Notes: a model not told the origin generated them from the letters alone. A stretch of 64,000 nucleotides of DNA from a virus (IMGVR_UViG_3300034107_000725:129991-193990), one strand, 5' to 3'. Counted from the stretch's first letter, positions 20,394 through 32,927 are shown. Translations and numbers: made by a program.

Positions 20394-21347
20394 ATGGCAC
20401 TGTCTCAATGGAACCTTGAGTTTCTAAATCATAACGCCCAGCGGAGCTATCCGCTGGTTGCGGAAGCGACTAAAACAGATACCACAGGATCATTCGTAAT
20501 CCCTACTGACTTCTTGGTGGGCATGGATATTCCTATCTCCACTACGATGAATATGGAGACTGGGCGATTCTTTATCCGTCAGCTTGGTGTGTTCGCTTCT
20601 GGCATTCAAATCATCGTAGCCTACGACACCGGGACTGAAATTAACGACGTTGGTGCTGCGTTGATTCCTTCGACCAGTACCGCACGTAACCGCGTGTTTG
20701 TGTTAGGTGGGCTGGCCCCTTACGACGACGTTGTTGGAAAAGTTGTGATCGGTCGCACGGACACAATTCAACAACAACCCAGCGGATTGTTTAACTTCAA
20801 TTTAAATGGCTCCGCAATTGAACCTCAAGTGGTTCGCCCGATGATTAAGGGCATCTCTTCTATTCGCATATCTAACGCGACTGGAACTGTAAGCGATCGG
20901 CTTTACGGTGATATTGAACTGGTAGCTGGTGCAAATATCCAGCTATCAACTGTACAGACACCCTCAGCCACTCAGATCGTTATCAGTGCTCTGGACGGAG
21001 CTGGGACTGTATCGCAGTGCGTTTGCGAAGGTGATGCCAGTATCCTGCCGTGTATCAAAACCATCAACGGTATCGCACCGGCAACAGATGGTAACTTCAA
21101 CTTTATCGGCGATGACTGCCTAGCTTTTACCGAGATCTCTAATGGGCTCAGAGTGACGGATTCTTGCTGTGCCCCGTGCTGTGGTTGTGCCGAGCTGGAA
21201 GCCATCACGCGAGACCTGGAACGCTTTGCAGCCCAAAGGTCGTACCTGGAGCTGTTCGTCAATCGATTGGCAGCTGAAACCGCAACTTTCGATACTACAG
21301 TGCTCGGAGCTCGCCTTGGCGACCGTCGCTGTTTAACATGCCAGTGA
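20394..21347 (+). CDS. Cys-rich tail protein, paralog 1 of 5
   Basis: FLNHNAQRSYPL start, GDIELVAGANIQL, IKTINGIAPATDGNF, CCAPCCGC plus helix, ends CLTCQ. Confidence 0.65.
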   Translation: MALSQWNLEFLNHNAQRSYPLVAEATKTDTTGSFVIPTDFLVGMDIPISTTMNMETGRFFIRQLGVFASGIQIIVAYDTGTEINDVGAALIPSTSTARNRVFVLGGLAPYDDVVGKVVIGRTDTIQQQPSGLFNFNLNGSAIEPQVVRPMIKGISSIRISNATGTVSDRLYGDIELVAGANIQLSTVQTPSATQIVISALDGAGTVSQCVCEGDASILPCIKTINGIAPATDGNFNFIGDDCLAFTEISNGLRVTDSCCAPCCGCAELEAITRDLERFAAQRSYLELFVNRLAAETATFDTTVLGARLGDRRCLTCQ

Positions 21348-21351
21348 CCCT

Positions 21352-23031
21352 ATGCCACCATTCCTAAGCGGTCCACAGCCTGAACAAAATCGACTAGCGG
21401 TTGGATTTAACCAACCACCGGGTAGCGGTGATCTATACCCGTTTGTTGCTCCGTCTTCAGATATTACACAGCTGTTAGGTGATCTTTTTGTTTCGTTTGA
21501 CGACGTGAAGGATGAAGTTGTTTATCCTTTGAGGGTTGCTTGGATGGCGGGTTTTGGCACTGTCGCTGTGTCCAGGCCAACCGACTGGCCTGTGCCAACG
21601 CATGATTACGACCTTGTCATAGTGGATGCCAACGATCTGGTAGTTTTTGATTCTACTACCGCCTCATTCAAGGCAACCACCTGGTGTGACCGACTCTTGA
21701 TCATGGAGTGGACCAACGGACACAATGTCTGTCGTTGTACAAAGTATTTGGTCTGGTCACCTGCGGATGTTGCCAACAGCCAGACACGAACATACGAGAG
21801 CTTCATCCTACCAGTTAACGGAGAATTGCAGGGGGATGCTTGGTATAAGTTACCTAGACGCGTCACCTCACTCTTGGTAGCCGGGACTACGATAGAGCAC
21901 ACGAATGTTGAACTGGTAGAGGGCTATAACATGGGTATAGCCAAGGCGACGGCTGCGGTTGCTCCTACGTTTCAACTGCCCAGCCTGGTAAGCACCAGCC
22001 CGCTAAAGATAGGGGCACGAGTTAACCACCGAATCGGGTTGAACGCAACACCCGGCTTGGGCTTGGGTGTATTTCCTGGCTGTGAGAACGCGAAAGCTGA
22101 ACAGGCAATTCGTACGATAAACCACATCGCAGGTAATAGTTATCAAAACTTTAACTACGACAGTGAAGGGTGCATCCGAACACAACGTCCGGTTGGATTG
22201 ACTCAACCTAGCCCACGCGAGTTTGAATATGCGGATTTTGTTTTGACCCAGGCTGAGTCTGCCGCAGCTCTTAAGCTCAGCAATGACTGTGTAAACTGCT
22301 GTGATTGCACGCGTTTTGCCCAGACTTATCAAGGGTTGAAACGACAGTGGTTTTTATTCCAAGACCTGGCTCACGCCGCTGAAGACGTCCGGGATACCTA
22401 CAGTAAAAATCGAGATCGCTGGTTAGTGCAAAAGCAAATTCGCGAAGAGGATATGCTGCGAGTCCGGCTAGTATCCGAGGGTAACTGCAAATACGCGTGG
22501 GGAATTTCTTTTTGTAACTCCAGCAAATGCTGTCTATCTCAGGTCGAAGTCTATCTGACATGGGTACAGTATTACAACGGTGTTCCACAGGCACCTACGC
22601 TCGCACAATATTCCTGTCCTCCTGCGTATCTGGAAGGCTCTGCTCAGTGTGATGGTAGTGCCGCGGTGATACCTTACAAGCTGGACGCCAAAGGGCAGTC
22701 ATTAAAATTTGCCTGGGACTACAGCGATCCGCAAAGCGTGACGACAGTATACGGACGGCACTGCCTTCCCGACTGTAAACAAGTTGCCGCCGGGTCGTTA
22801 AAAGTTAAACTACATGTATACATCCGCTGGGCGGGGGTAGCCCCTAATCCAGACACTGGACTTGAGTGTGAATTTCCACTTCTAGATCCTTTGGATATTC
22901 CGATAGAAGTTCGAAATGTCTGGACAACCAACGGTGTTGCAATTCCGGCAGATTTCTACGGGCAAAAGCTCACCTCGCTTTCGGTTGCCAGTGCAGCCAA
23001 TCCATTCTGCCAGACTTGTGCGTGCGATTAA
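21352..23031 (+). CDS. Cys-rich tail protein, paralog 2 of 5
   Basis: LYPF, NVELVEGYNMGI, IRTINHIAGNSYQNF, CVNCCDC plus helix, ends CQTCACD. Confidence 0.65.
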   Translation: MPPFLSGPQPEQNRLAVGFNQPPGSGDLYPFVAPSSDITQLLGDLFVSFDDVKDEVVYPLRVAWMAGFGTVAVSRPTDWPVPTHDYDLVIVDANDLVVFDSTTASFKATTWCDRLLIMEWTNGHNVCRCTKYLVWSPADVANSQTRTYESFILPVNGELQGDAWYKLPRRVTSLLVAGTTIEHTNVELVEGYNMGIAKATAAVAPTFQLPSLVSTSPLKIGARVNHRIGLNATPGLGLGVFPGCENAKAEQAIRTINHIAGNSYQNFNYDSEGCIRTQRPVGLTQPSPREFEYADFVLTQAESAAALKLSNDCVNCCDCTRFAQTYQGLKRQWFLFQDLAHAAEDVRDTYSKNRDRWLVQKQIREEDMLRVRLVSEGNCKYAWGISFCNSSKCCLSQVEVYLTWVQYYNGVPQAPTLAQYSCPPAYLEGSAQCDGSAAVIPYKLDAKGQSLKFAWDYSDPQSVTTVYGRHCLPDCKQVAAGSLKVKLHVYIRWAGVAPNPDTGLECEFPLLDPLDIPIEVRNVWTTNGVAIPADFYGQKLTSLSVASAANPFCQTCACD

Positions 23032-23060
23032 GGGTTGCTCCCTAGACAGGCTCCTGATTC

Positions 23061-24815
23061 ATGGCCATACGTAATAACCACTGGTACAACCTCAACGAAC
23101 AACATTACTACCCGCTGGACGATACCGCATCTGCCATATCTGATGCGGGAGAGCTGTTACCCTCAGCTCTGATAGCCGATCTAAGACTACGATGGCCTAT
23201 CACCTACGGAAAGTACGCGTTCATCAGTGCTGCTGCGGTTACGCCTTACCTGGTAACCGTGTTGATTGAGGCCACTGACGATCTGGATAACAACCCAAGC
23301 AGCTCAACGCTGATCGCGGGTGTTACCCTGCCCAAGACCAACCTAACTGTGGGACGTACCTACACGCTAACCCCGTTTCAACCGGGAGTGGGTGGTTATA
23401 TCGTTATCGGATCTGGGATAGCTCAGATCTATAGTGGAAAGTTCAGCACACCACGCCAAGGATTGTTGACACCCCGTGCTGCCCGTGCCAGCCGCCGTCC
23501 GCCTGTGCCTACAATCGCAATTGAAAATGCGGCCAACTCGCTGAAGAACCTGGTAAACCTGGTTGCAGTACCTCCTCTGTACTTAACTACAGAGACGCGA
23601 GTAATCGACGGTGTCACGTACGACAACGTCATCGTATTTCGACTGTCGCAGGACGATACGAGTCCACTTACGACCGCCACAACTGACTCTATATTTGCTC
23701 AGTTTGCCGGACCCTGTGGTCGCAGAGTTGGTTCAAACTCATGTCCTGATCCGCAGCCTATTCAGACAATAAATGGTGTGGCAGCCGACTGCGAGGGTGT
23801 CATTACTTTAGACTTCCGCGGTTGTGCTTTGGTGGGGCGTAATACGATAGACTGCGGCGTAGTTATTGACTGTGAGCTTGGGTTATCCGCCAGCTGTGAG
23901 CCACCTTATCTACCTAACCTGACCACTGGCGAGTTGCCAAGTGAATCGCCTCCCGTTGTTATAACTCCTCCGGTGCCGCCGCAACCACCAATTTTTCCCG
24001 ACTTCAGCATCAGCGAGTCTGTGACTACGCTGTTAGCCCTGCCTTACTGTGATACGTTTGATGACGCGACAGCCCACGGCTTCTCTCCTCTTGGTGATTC
24101 TCTGTTTGCGTTCATTTCGGATGATAGTCCTGCCGAACTGTTTTGCTGTGACGGGCCACCGCCTGCCTCTTTGGAATTTCAGTACGGGTGTCAGGATGTT
24201 TCGATATCCGTAAGTGAGTCCGTAAGCATGTCTAACAGTATGGTTGTAGACCACTACTTAGTTAAATATAAAGTCAAAGTGCCGGAGGTCGCCAGCAGCT
24301 ACGGCACGATCGTCCCGGATGCTCAGTCACGTACAAACATATCTCTATTCACGTCAGACGCTCAGTCTTTATATCGAGTGTTTACAACTGACGTTAAGAT
24401 CGTAGCAGGGCAGACCGGCAGCTACAAAAACGCTGGGCTGATCATGAACTATCAGCTCAATAACTTTGGGGCTCCTAACTACGTGTTGGCGTTACTGGAT
24501 CTCGATACCAGCATCTTTGGCGTTTACTTCTTTAACGGACTGAATTTATTGTCGCTGTCCTCGATTGCGGTAACTGGTGTAAAAGCTGATGATTGGTATC
24601 GCATTCAACTTTCAGCCGTGCCAGATCCGACAACATATACCAGCGTTAAGCTGACTGCGGTTTTGACTGGTGTCACCAACCCAGGCATTTCAGCAACTAT
24701 AAATACGTATCTAGCGTCTAGTCTTTGGAATACCGATGCGGCAAATTCTGGATTTTACGCTCGTAGATCTAAGAGCTACTTCTCTTACTGGCGAATTGAT
24801 GAGGTGACACCGTGA
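23061..24815 (+). CDS. Cys-rich tail protein, paralog 3 of 5, with C-terminal lectin-like beta-sandwich
   Basis: WYNLNEQHYYPL start, IQTINGVAADCEG, Pro linker, then AGLIMNY...VLALLD...WYRIQLS...SGFYARRSKSYFSYWRI (ConA-like layout). Confidence 0.6.
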   Translation: MAIRNNHWYNLNEQHYYPLDDTASAISDAGELLPSALIADLRLRWPITYGKYAFISAAAVTPYLVTVLIEATDDLDNNPSSSTLIAGVTLPKTNLTVGRTYTLTPFQPGVGGYIVIGSGIAQIYSGKFSTPRQGLLTPRAARASRRPPVPTIAIENAANSLKNLVNLVAVPPLYLTTETRVIDGVTYDNVIVFRLSQDDTSPLTTATTDSIFAQFAGPCGRRVGSNSCPDPQPIQTINGVAADCEGVITLDFRGCALVGRNTIDCGVVIDCELGLSASCEPPYLPNLTTGELPSESPPVVITPPVPPQPPIFPDFSISESVTTLLALPYCDTFDDATAHGFSPLGDSLFAFISDDSPAELFCCDGPPPASLEFQYGCQDVSISVSESVSMSNSMVVDHYLVKYKVKVPEVASSYGTIVPDAQSRTNISLFTSDAQSLYRVFTTDVKIVAGQTGSYKNAGLIMNYQLNNFGAPNYVLALLDLDTSIFGVYFFNGLNLLSLSSIAVTGVKADDWYRIQLSAVPDPTTYTSVKLTAVLTGVTNPGISATINTYLASSLWNTDAANSGFYARRSKSYFSYWRIDEVTP

Positions 24816-25615
24816 GTGAAATTCGTTTTGCTGAGTTTCTCCCCTCGCTGGAGAACACGCCTTATCCGTTCACTCCAGCCTCCTCGCTTTCTAACGGACA
24901 AGTAGCATTCCTTGAAGGTACTTTTCTGGATGCTCATATCTATGCGATCGAAGGCACAAATCGCTACTACATTTCTAAAGTGGAAGTCACCTCCAGCCAG
25001 TTTAATATCATAATTGGAGACGCCACAACGGCCTCTCGGTTGACCGGTACTATCTCACTGCCTATCGAAGATTCAGTTGTCCGGCTGGTTGACAATACGG
25101 GTCGATCGGGTGGAGTACTGGTTTCCGAACCGTCTCGTCTGGCCTTGATGGCTGCATGGGGCGTCGGAACCTATACCTTTGAGCGGACTCAAGCAGAGTT
25201 TTGTGTCACCTGTCAGATGCCTGTTCCAGACCCGGGTGTAACAAGTTTCCGCCTGGAGTCCGGTAATGTGTTTAGCGGGCAGGTTTGGTGGGTTGGTGAA
25301 GACGGCGTCGTGCTGTCGGTAGAGACTGCGACAGACAAGCAAGGCGACCCCTATGACGTGGTCCGCGTTGACGTGGTAGGTGACCCACTCTTTCTTCAAC
25401 GGCTATGCTTCCCTCGAGATCTGTTCAAACCGATTCTACCTATCCGAAAGATTCGTGTAGTTAACGGTTCAAACATTCGAGACTGTACTCCAGACGAGCA
25501 GGGTAACTTCAGTCTGCAAATGAACGACGCCCTGGCCGCTGATGCGGCTTTGCGAGTACGCACTACGACTGAAGGTATTGTGATTGAAGTCGCAGGATCT
25601 ACGCCCACTATCTGA
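24812..25615 (+). CDS. Tail protein, paralog 4 of 5
   Basis: FLPSLENTPYPF start, GVTSFRL...GQVWWVGEDGVVL, IRKIRVVNG...PDEQGNFSL. GTG start. Confidence 0.6.
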   Translation: MSEIRFAEFLPSLENTPYPFTPASSLSNGQVAFLEGTFLDAHIYAIEGTNRYYISKVEVTSSQFNIIIGDATTASRLTGTISLPIEDSVVRLVDNTGRSGGVLVSEPSRLALMAAWGVGTYTFERTQAEFCVTCQMPVPDPGVTSFRLESGNVFSGQVWWVGEDGVVLSVETATDKQGDPYDVVRVDVVGDPLFLQRLCFPRDLFKPILPIRKIRVVNGSNIRDCTPDEQGNFSLQMNDALAADAALRVRTTTEGIVIEVAGSTPTI

Positions 25616-25630
25616 TTTTGAAGGATTGCT

Positions 25631-26596
25631 ATGCCACGTCCAGATTTCTTCAACGATAACATCAACCGATCATTCCCGTTTCGCGTCGGTACGGTTGGAA
25701 TAAATGTACCGGATGTCGCTACTGATGCTGTGACAATGCTGCAGTTGCCCGATCAATTCATAGCTGACTGCGGATTTATTATGGGACCAGAATCCGGATT
25801 TGACGAAAGCCTACACCACGTTTTTCTGTATGAGATCACAGCATTAGGTGGGGGTTTGATTACTTTTGAATTCCGGTCTGATGTGGATCGCACCCCTCCG
25901 TTAAGTTTGACATTTACACGGACACTGGAAGACCCACTCTATACAACTGAATTTGTTGAAGCAGAGCCCGAGTTTGAGTGCGATGAACCACCTTGGTCTG
26001 GGTATCTGGTGACTGGAGATATGTTAAAGGTGGCGGACAGGCTCTTCTCGGTCAGTTACATTCGAAGATCTGCAGACACTCAAACAATTGTCGAACCTGC
26101 TTTGATTCAAAATTTGAATGAAAATCAAGTCGTGTCGCTGAATCTTGCAAACGCGGATCGAACAAGGGCAACAACTCCCGAAGACTGTCCCGATTATGCT
26201 TGGTCTTTTACTCCACAACCAATCTACGTATACCGTAAATGTCTGCAAGGCGATCTACGCTTACGTGCAGGCTATAACGTGTCCATCAGCCAAAACACTT
26301 TGAGTAACACCATCCAGTTTTCAGCAATTTTACGGGCTGGGTTGGGCGAGCCTTGTGAAGAAGTTAAACTGTTTCCAGAAGAAACATCTCCAATCGGGTC
26401 TACGAATGGATTGTTGGAGGGTGACTTTTACTGCAATGAAGTGTTGCGTTCGATCAACGGTGTTCAAGGCCCTGCACTGACTATCTTTGCCGGTTCAGGA
26501 GTTACGATCACGCCGGACTTCGGCTACGGTATAATTATCGTAGACGTTGACTTGGCCGATTTGTCCCTATGCACATATTCTGCGGTGTCAGTCTAA
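25631..26596 (+). CDS. Cys-rich tail protein, paralog 5 of 5
   Basis: FFNDNINRSFPF start, GDLRLRAGYNVSI, AGLGEPC, LRSINGVQG. Confidence 0.6.
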   Translation: MPRPDFFNDNINRSFPFRVGTVGINVPDVATDAVTMLQLPDQFIADCGFIMGPESGFDESLHHVFLYEITALGGGLITFEFRSDVDRTPPLSLTFTRTLEDPLYTTEFVEAEPEFECDEPPWSGYLVTGDMLKVADRLFSVSYIRRSADTQTIVEPALIQNLNENQVVSLNLANADRTRATTPEDCPDYAWSFTPQPIYVYRKCLQGDLRLRAGYNVSISQNTLSNTIQFSAILRAGLGEPCEEVKLFPEETSPIGSTNGLLEGDFYCNEVLRSINGVQGPALTIFAGSGVTITPDFGYGIIIVDVDLADLSLCTYSAVSV

Positions 26597-29140
<2,544 letters not shown>

Positions 29141-29165
29141 CTGCCATACCTGAAGAAGGCTAGCG

Positions 29166-29528
29166 ATGTCCGGTAACGACTATATCTCGTTTTATGTGGC
29201 TATGGAAGATCCGGAGAACACGGAACCCGTCATCTCGGCGTACTGTGTTCTCACGGAAACTCATATGAATTACGAAACCCAAGCACTGATTATCGTGTAT
29301 CAATGCTGGCGTACCAAAGAAGCCTACCTGGCCAAGCGTAAACCGTTTAACAAAATTCAAGTCAACCTGGCTCCAGATGAAGGGGGTAAAGAATTTTTCA
29401 ACGGCACGGATACACGCGAGGCCAGTCACAAGTTTGGCAATCTTCTGCGTAATTGGTGTCTCAGTGTGAGCAAAGATTTGAGACAGGCAGTCTGTGCTAA
29501 CACAGAAGAGCTGAACACCGATGGCTAA
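29166..29528 (+). CDS. Hypothetical protein (possible fibre chaperone)
   Basis: 120-aa ORF directly after the fibre gene, overlapping the glycosyltransferase start. Confidence 0.55.
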   Translation: MSGNDYISFYVAMEDPENTEPVISAYCVLTETHMNYETQALIIVYQCWRTKEAYLAKRKPFNKIQVNLAPDEGGKEFFNGTDTREASHKFGNLLRNWCLSVSKDLRQAVCANTEELNTDG

Positions 29529-31518
29529 GACTCGATTAATACTCCGGCATAAGTGGGCACTGGGTGACACGATCCTGCTGACCGCACTGGTTCGTGATAT
29601 TCACAGAGCTTACCCTGATCAATATGAAATCATGGTAGACACCCACTGGACCAATGTCTGGTGGAATAACCCATACGTCACCAAGTTTGATCCGGCTAGC
29701 CTGCCTAAACCGATACAAGTAGAGGTTGGCTGGGGTGACGCCATTCGCTGGAACAGCTATGCTCGCTATGGTGAGCGGCGTGAGATGAAACACATTCTGG
29801 CGTGGTACCACTACAACTTTGGACTTAAGACTGGGATCGACGTTCCAGTTACAGATCCTCGCCCTGACCTGCACATGGACGAGCAGGAGAAAGTTCGTAG
29901 AGTTGAAGGCCGCTATTGGGTGATTATGTCTGGCGGTAAGTTAGACATGACAGTAAAGCACTGGCATGCCCACAGAGCTCAAGAGGTTGTCGATAAACTC
30001 GCAGCTCGTGGTATTGTCTGCGTTCAGGTAGGTGCAGCCCATACCAGCCACGTACACCCGCCGCTACAGAACACACTTAACCTGCTGGGCAAGACTGAGA
30101 ATGTTCGCGACCTTTGGAATATTATCATGTATTCTGACGGTGTGATCTGTGGTGTGACTGGGCCTATGCACATTGCCGCCGCGTTTGAAAAGCCTTGCGT
30201 GGTTTACGCGGGCGGACGCGAAGAGCCTTGGTTTGAAGCCTATACAAATTCGTTTAACGCATTTGGTCCGGAAGCTCGGCCAGTCAGAGTCGAGCACAAG
30301 TTTTTGCATACGATAGGGCTGCTTGAATGTTGTGATAAGCAGGGATGCTGGAAAAAACGGATCATACCGTTAGACCCGCAGGATCTAACAAGGCAAGCTC
30401 ATACACTTTGTCGCCAGCCTATCCGCCCTGAACACTCTCACCCGGTAGCTCGATGTCAGGACCTGATTACCTCGGACCATGTTGTGGAGGCTGTGATGGA
30501 CTACTACGATAAACGAATCCTTCCCCCGATCTCAGTCAAACCAAATGATCTGCAAAATCCGGAATTGAACAACGGTATTCAGATACCTACGGTGGAATTG
30601 ATTCAGGTCGGCCCTGAGTTTATCTCCGAGCTACCTAAGGTTGTGCGTGAACCTTCCACGGAAATACGGGAACAGAAACCGTTTCAGAAGGTACACCCAC
30701 AGGAGTTGGTCGAATCTCGAATTGCTACCCTGATTAAACCTGCAGACATATTTGACAATCCAATCATCGGTGGAAAACTTACGGTCTGCGTCCTGTGCTA
30801 CGGCGAGTATACAGATCTGGCCCGCAGGTGCTTGTCAGGTATCCTGAAAACCATACCAGAAGATCGCTTGGATCTCCGCATCGCTACTAACGAGGTATCA
30901 TCAAACACGTTGGCTTACCTTCGCAAGTTGCCTGCAACCAAGATCTACGTTAATACCACCAATCGCTACAAGTACCCGGTCATGCGAGAAATGCTTTGGG
31001 ACGAACAACGCCCAATTACGTCTAACTACATGGTCTGGTTTGATGACGATACCTGGGTTGCAGATCCTAGCTGGGCCGTCAATCTGTGTCACACCATCGT
31101 AGATAATCATTCTCAGAATTTCCGTATGTACGGCGACATCCTTTACCACGACTTGTCTATTTATAGCAGTCAAGGTGGGCGACCAGACACGTGGTTCCGG
31201 CAAGCTGACTGGTGGCAGGGTCGAAACTTTAAGTCACGCCACCAGGGACAAGAAACCCCTAATGGCAGTGTCATAGACTTTGCGGTAGGTTGGTGCTGGG
31301 CCGCGTCGATGGAAGCTATCAGGGTTGCAAACATCCCGGACGTTCGCCTCCGGCATAACGGTGGTGACTGTACGATTGGAGAACAGATCCATCAGGCGGG
31401 GTTTGAGATTAAACAATGGAACAGGAAAAAAAGTCTTATCGCATGTCCCACTCGCCAAAACGGTGGTCGCCGCGGTTACTCTGAAAAATTTCCCTGGGAT
31501 CCCAACCGCCCAGCGTAA
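29521..31518 (+). CDS. Two-domain glycosyltransferase (GT9 heptosyltransferase-like + GT2/GT-A-like)
   Basis: N-domain ALGDTILLTALVRDIHRAYP and VICGVTGPMHIAAAFEKPCVVYAGG (GT9). C-domain TVCVLCYG...RCLSGIL...YMVWFDDD (GT-A DxD). Confidence 0.82.
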   Translation: MAKTRLILRHKWALGDTILLTALVRDIHRAYPDQYEIMVDTHWTNVWWNNPYVTKFDPASLPKPIQVEVGWGDAIRWNSYARYGERREMKHILAWYHYNFGLKTGIDVPVTDPRPDLHMDEQEKVRRVEGRYWVIMSGGKLDMTVKHWHAHRAQEVVDKLAARGIVCVQVGAAHTSHVHPPLQNTLNLLGKTENVRDLWNIIMYSDGVICGVTGPMHIAAAFEKPCVVYAGGREEPWFEAYTNSFNAFGPEARPVRVEHKFLHTIGLLECCDKQGCWKKRIIPLDPQDLTRQAHTLCRQPIRPEHSHPVARCQDLITSDHVVEAVMDYYDKRILPPISVKPNDLQNPELNNGIQIPTVELIQVGPEFISELPKVVREPSTEIREQKPFQKVHPQELVESRIATLIKPADIFDNPIIGGKLTVCVLCYGEYTDLARRCLSGILKTIPEDRLDLRIATNEVSSNTLAYLRKLPATKIYVNTTNRYKYPVMREMLWDEQRPITSNYMVWFDDDTWVADPSWAVNLCHTIVDNHSQNFRMYGDILYHDLSIYSSQGGRPDTWFRQADWWQGRNFKSRHQGQETPNGSVIDFAVGWCWAASMEAIRVANIPDVRLRHNGGDCTIGEQIHQAGFEIKQWNRKKSLIACPTRQNGGRRGYSEKFPWDPNRPA

Positions 31519-31557
31519 TACAGCACGGTATAATGAGCCTAACCCTGAGGACCTACT

Positions 31558-32007
31558 ATGTCTCGACGCATCCGTCTAACCCGCTATGCCGCTACGATTG
31601 TCACTTCCAATAATTACGGGGCCTACCGGCTTCGAATCGAAGTTACTGCTGTGGAAGGTCCGGATCTTGACGAAAACATTTTCATCTATCGTCGTAATCC
31701 TCCCAGTGCTTACACAACACAAAGTTGTGATGTCTTTGAAGCTGTCGCCGGACCGCCTCAATTGGCCGCAACACCTGCCGGGGAACCCGACCCGGATATG
31801 AACTGGCCGTACTACAGGCTTAACTATGTTGAACTGGACGTAGCTTCAGTCGCTCAGGCCGATGCTATCTGGCAAGAGATACTGGACGAAGTCAACGCTC
31901 TTGTATTTGCCATGGATCGGTTGTCCGCGTTGCAAGCCATCCAGGACGTTTGGTGTCCCGACCCGCCCGGTTCATTATCTGTATCTGTGTCGCAGTCTCA
32001 AAACTAA
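31558..32007 (+). CDS. Hypothetical (probably structural) protein
   Basis: 149 aa with GAGGA RBS; ends in the alternating-Ser tail SLSVSVSQSQN. Confidence 0.6.
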   Translation: MSRRIRLTRYAATIVTSNNYGAYRLRIEVTAVEGPDLDENIFIYRRNPPSAYTTQSCDVFEAVAGPPQLAATPAGEPDPDMNWPYYRLNYVELDVASVAQADAIWQEILDEVNALVFAMDRLSALQAIQDVWCPDPPGSLSVSVSQSQN

Positions 32008-32016
32008 GGAGCAGTC

Positions 32017-32331
32017 ATGGCCGACTTATCTAAGCTGGTAATTCTGGAAGAATCTGTCATCCTCAACTTGGCAGCCAACCCAAACTTCGTACAAGAGTTT
32101 CCTTTCCTGAGCAGTATGTTAAACAACATACCAACCGGGGGTACTGCGGGTTCTGGTTGTAGCCGGTGTAATCGCACAGCGGCTCGACGTATCAACGCAA
32201 TCAACGGTGTGAAGCAGTCTTTCCTGTCTATGGGTGCCGAGAAGAAGCAACGACTCAAACAGTTGCTTAATACAGAAAAGATTCGGTTACGTTTGGTAGC
32301 TGGTGGCAAGGTTATGGAGTATACCTTCTGA
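32017..32331 (+). CDS. Small CxxC protein
   Basis: AGGAG RBS; GCSRCNR motif; last gene of the structural block. Confidence 0.6.
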   Translation: MADLSKLVILEESVILNLAANPNFVQEFPFLSSMLNNIPTGGTAGSGCSRCNRTAARRINAINGVKQSFLSMGAEKKQRLKQLLNTEKIRLRLVAGGKVMEYTF

Positions 32332-32478
32332 CCTAAATAAATGCCCATTTGGTGTCATTATTACTTGAGGAAACCTTAGCGTTTCCATGCCTTACCTGTC
32401 TTCTGGTTGTCGCAACCAAAGACCTAAATAATCCACGATTCCGTGGCATTATTACTTGAGGAAACCTTAGCGTTTCCA
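32330..32478. repeat. Direct repeat, 2 x 58 nt, period 91 nt, structured
   Basis: GACCTAAATAA-N15-CATTATTACTTGAGGAAACCTTAGCGTTTCCA at 32330-32387 and 32421-32478; only the N15 differs. Confidence 0.9.
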
Positions 32479-32489
32479 CCACTCACTTA

Positions 32490-32525
32490 CCCCTGGGGTT
32501 GCCGGTATCGGCCCCAGGGGTTTTT
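32490..32525 (+). terminator. Rho-independent terminator
   Basis: CCCCTGGG...GCCG-GTAT-CGGC-CCCAGGGG stem followed by TTTTT. Confidence 0.8.
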
Positions 32526-32552
32526 CCATAGATACCAAGGAGATAGAGTTCG

Positions 32553-32867
32553 ATGTATATGAATCGTCAGCCAGAAAATACCCTGCGTCAAATCGTGTCC
32601 AAGTATTTGATGATCGGGTTCATGGTAGGATCTTCAGCCCATCTGGTGCTGTGTTCTTATCAAGACTGTAAAACCCAACAAGCCGCGGCTCAGGCAAGCA
32701 CGGCATTGGGTGATCGTTATGCCTTGGATGGGTTCAAGCCTCACGTTCGGCAGTTGATTGCCGTAGAAGATGTGGCAACATACTTGAACGCCGCACAAAA
32801 CAAACCAAAAACCAAGCTGCAACAGCTTGAGGAAAACATTCAGGTGATGAACCGTTTGTTTGATTGA
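32553..32867 (+). CDS. Hypothetical protein with N-terminal hydrophobic segment
   Basis: AAGGAG RBS; YLMIGFMVGSSAHLVLC. Confidence 0.6.
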   Translation: MYMNRQPENTLRQIVSKYLMIGFMVGSSAHLVLCSYQDCKTQQAAAQASTALGDRYALDGFKPHVRQLIAVEDVATYLNAAQNKPKTKLQQLEENIQVMNRLFD

Positions 32868-32927
32868 TGACAGTTGCGGTGAGTTGACATCTATTCGGAT
32901 GGATCCATACGTACAGAAGGAACTACA

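Noticed and set aside
32330-32478. Possible mini-CRISPR array
   Set aside because: Only two units, an internal variable segment within the repeat, and no cas genes; treated instead as a structured repeat.
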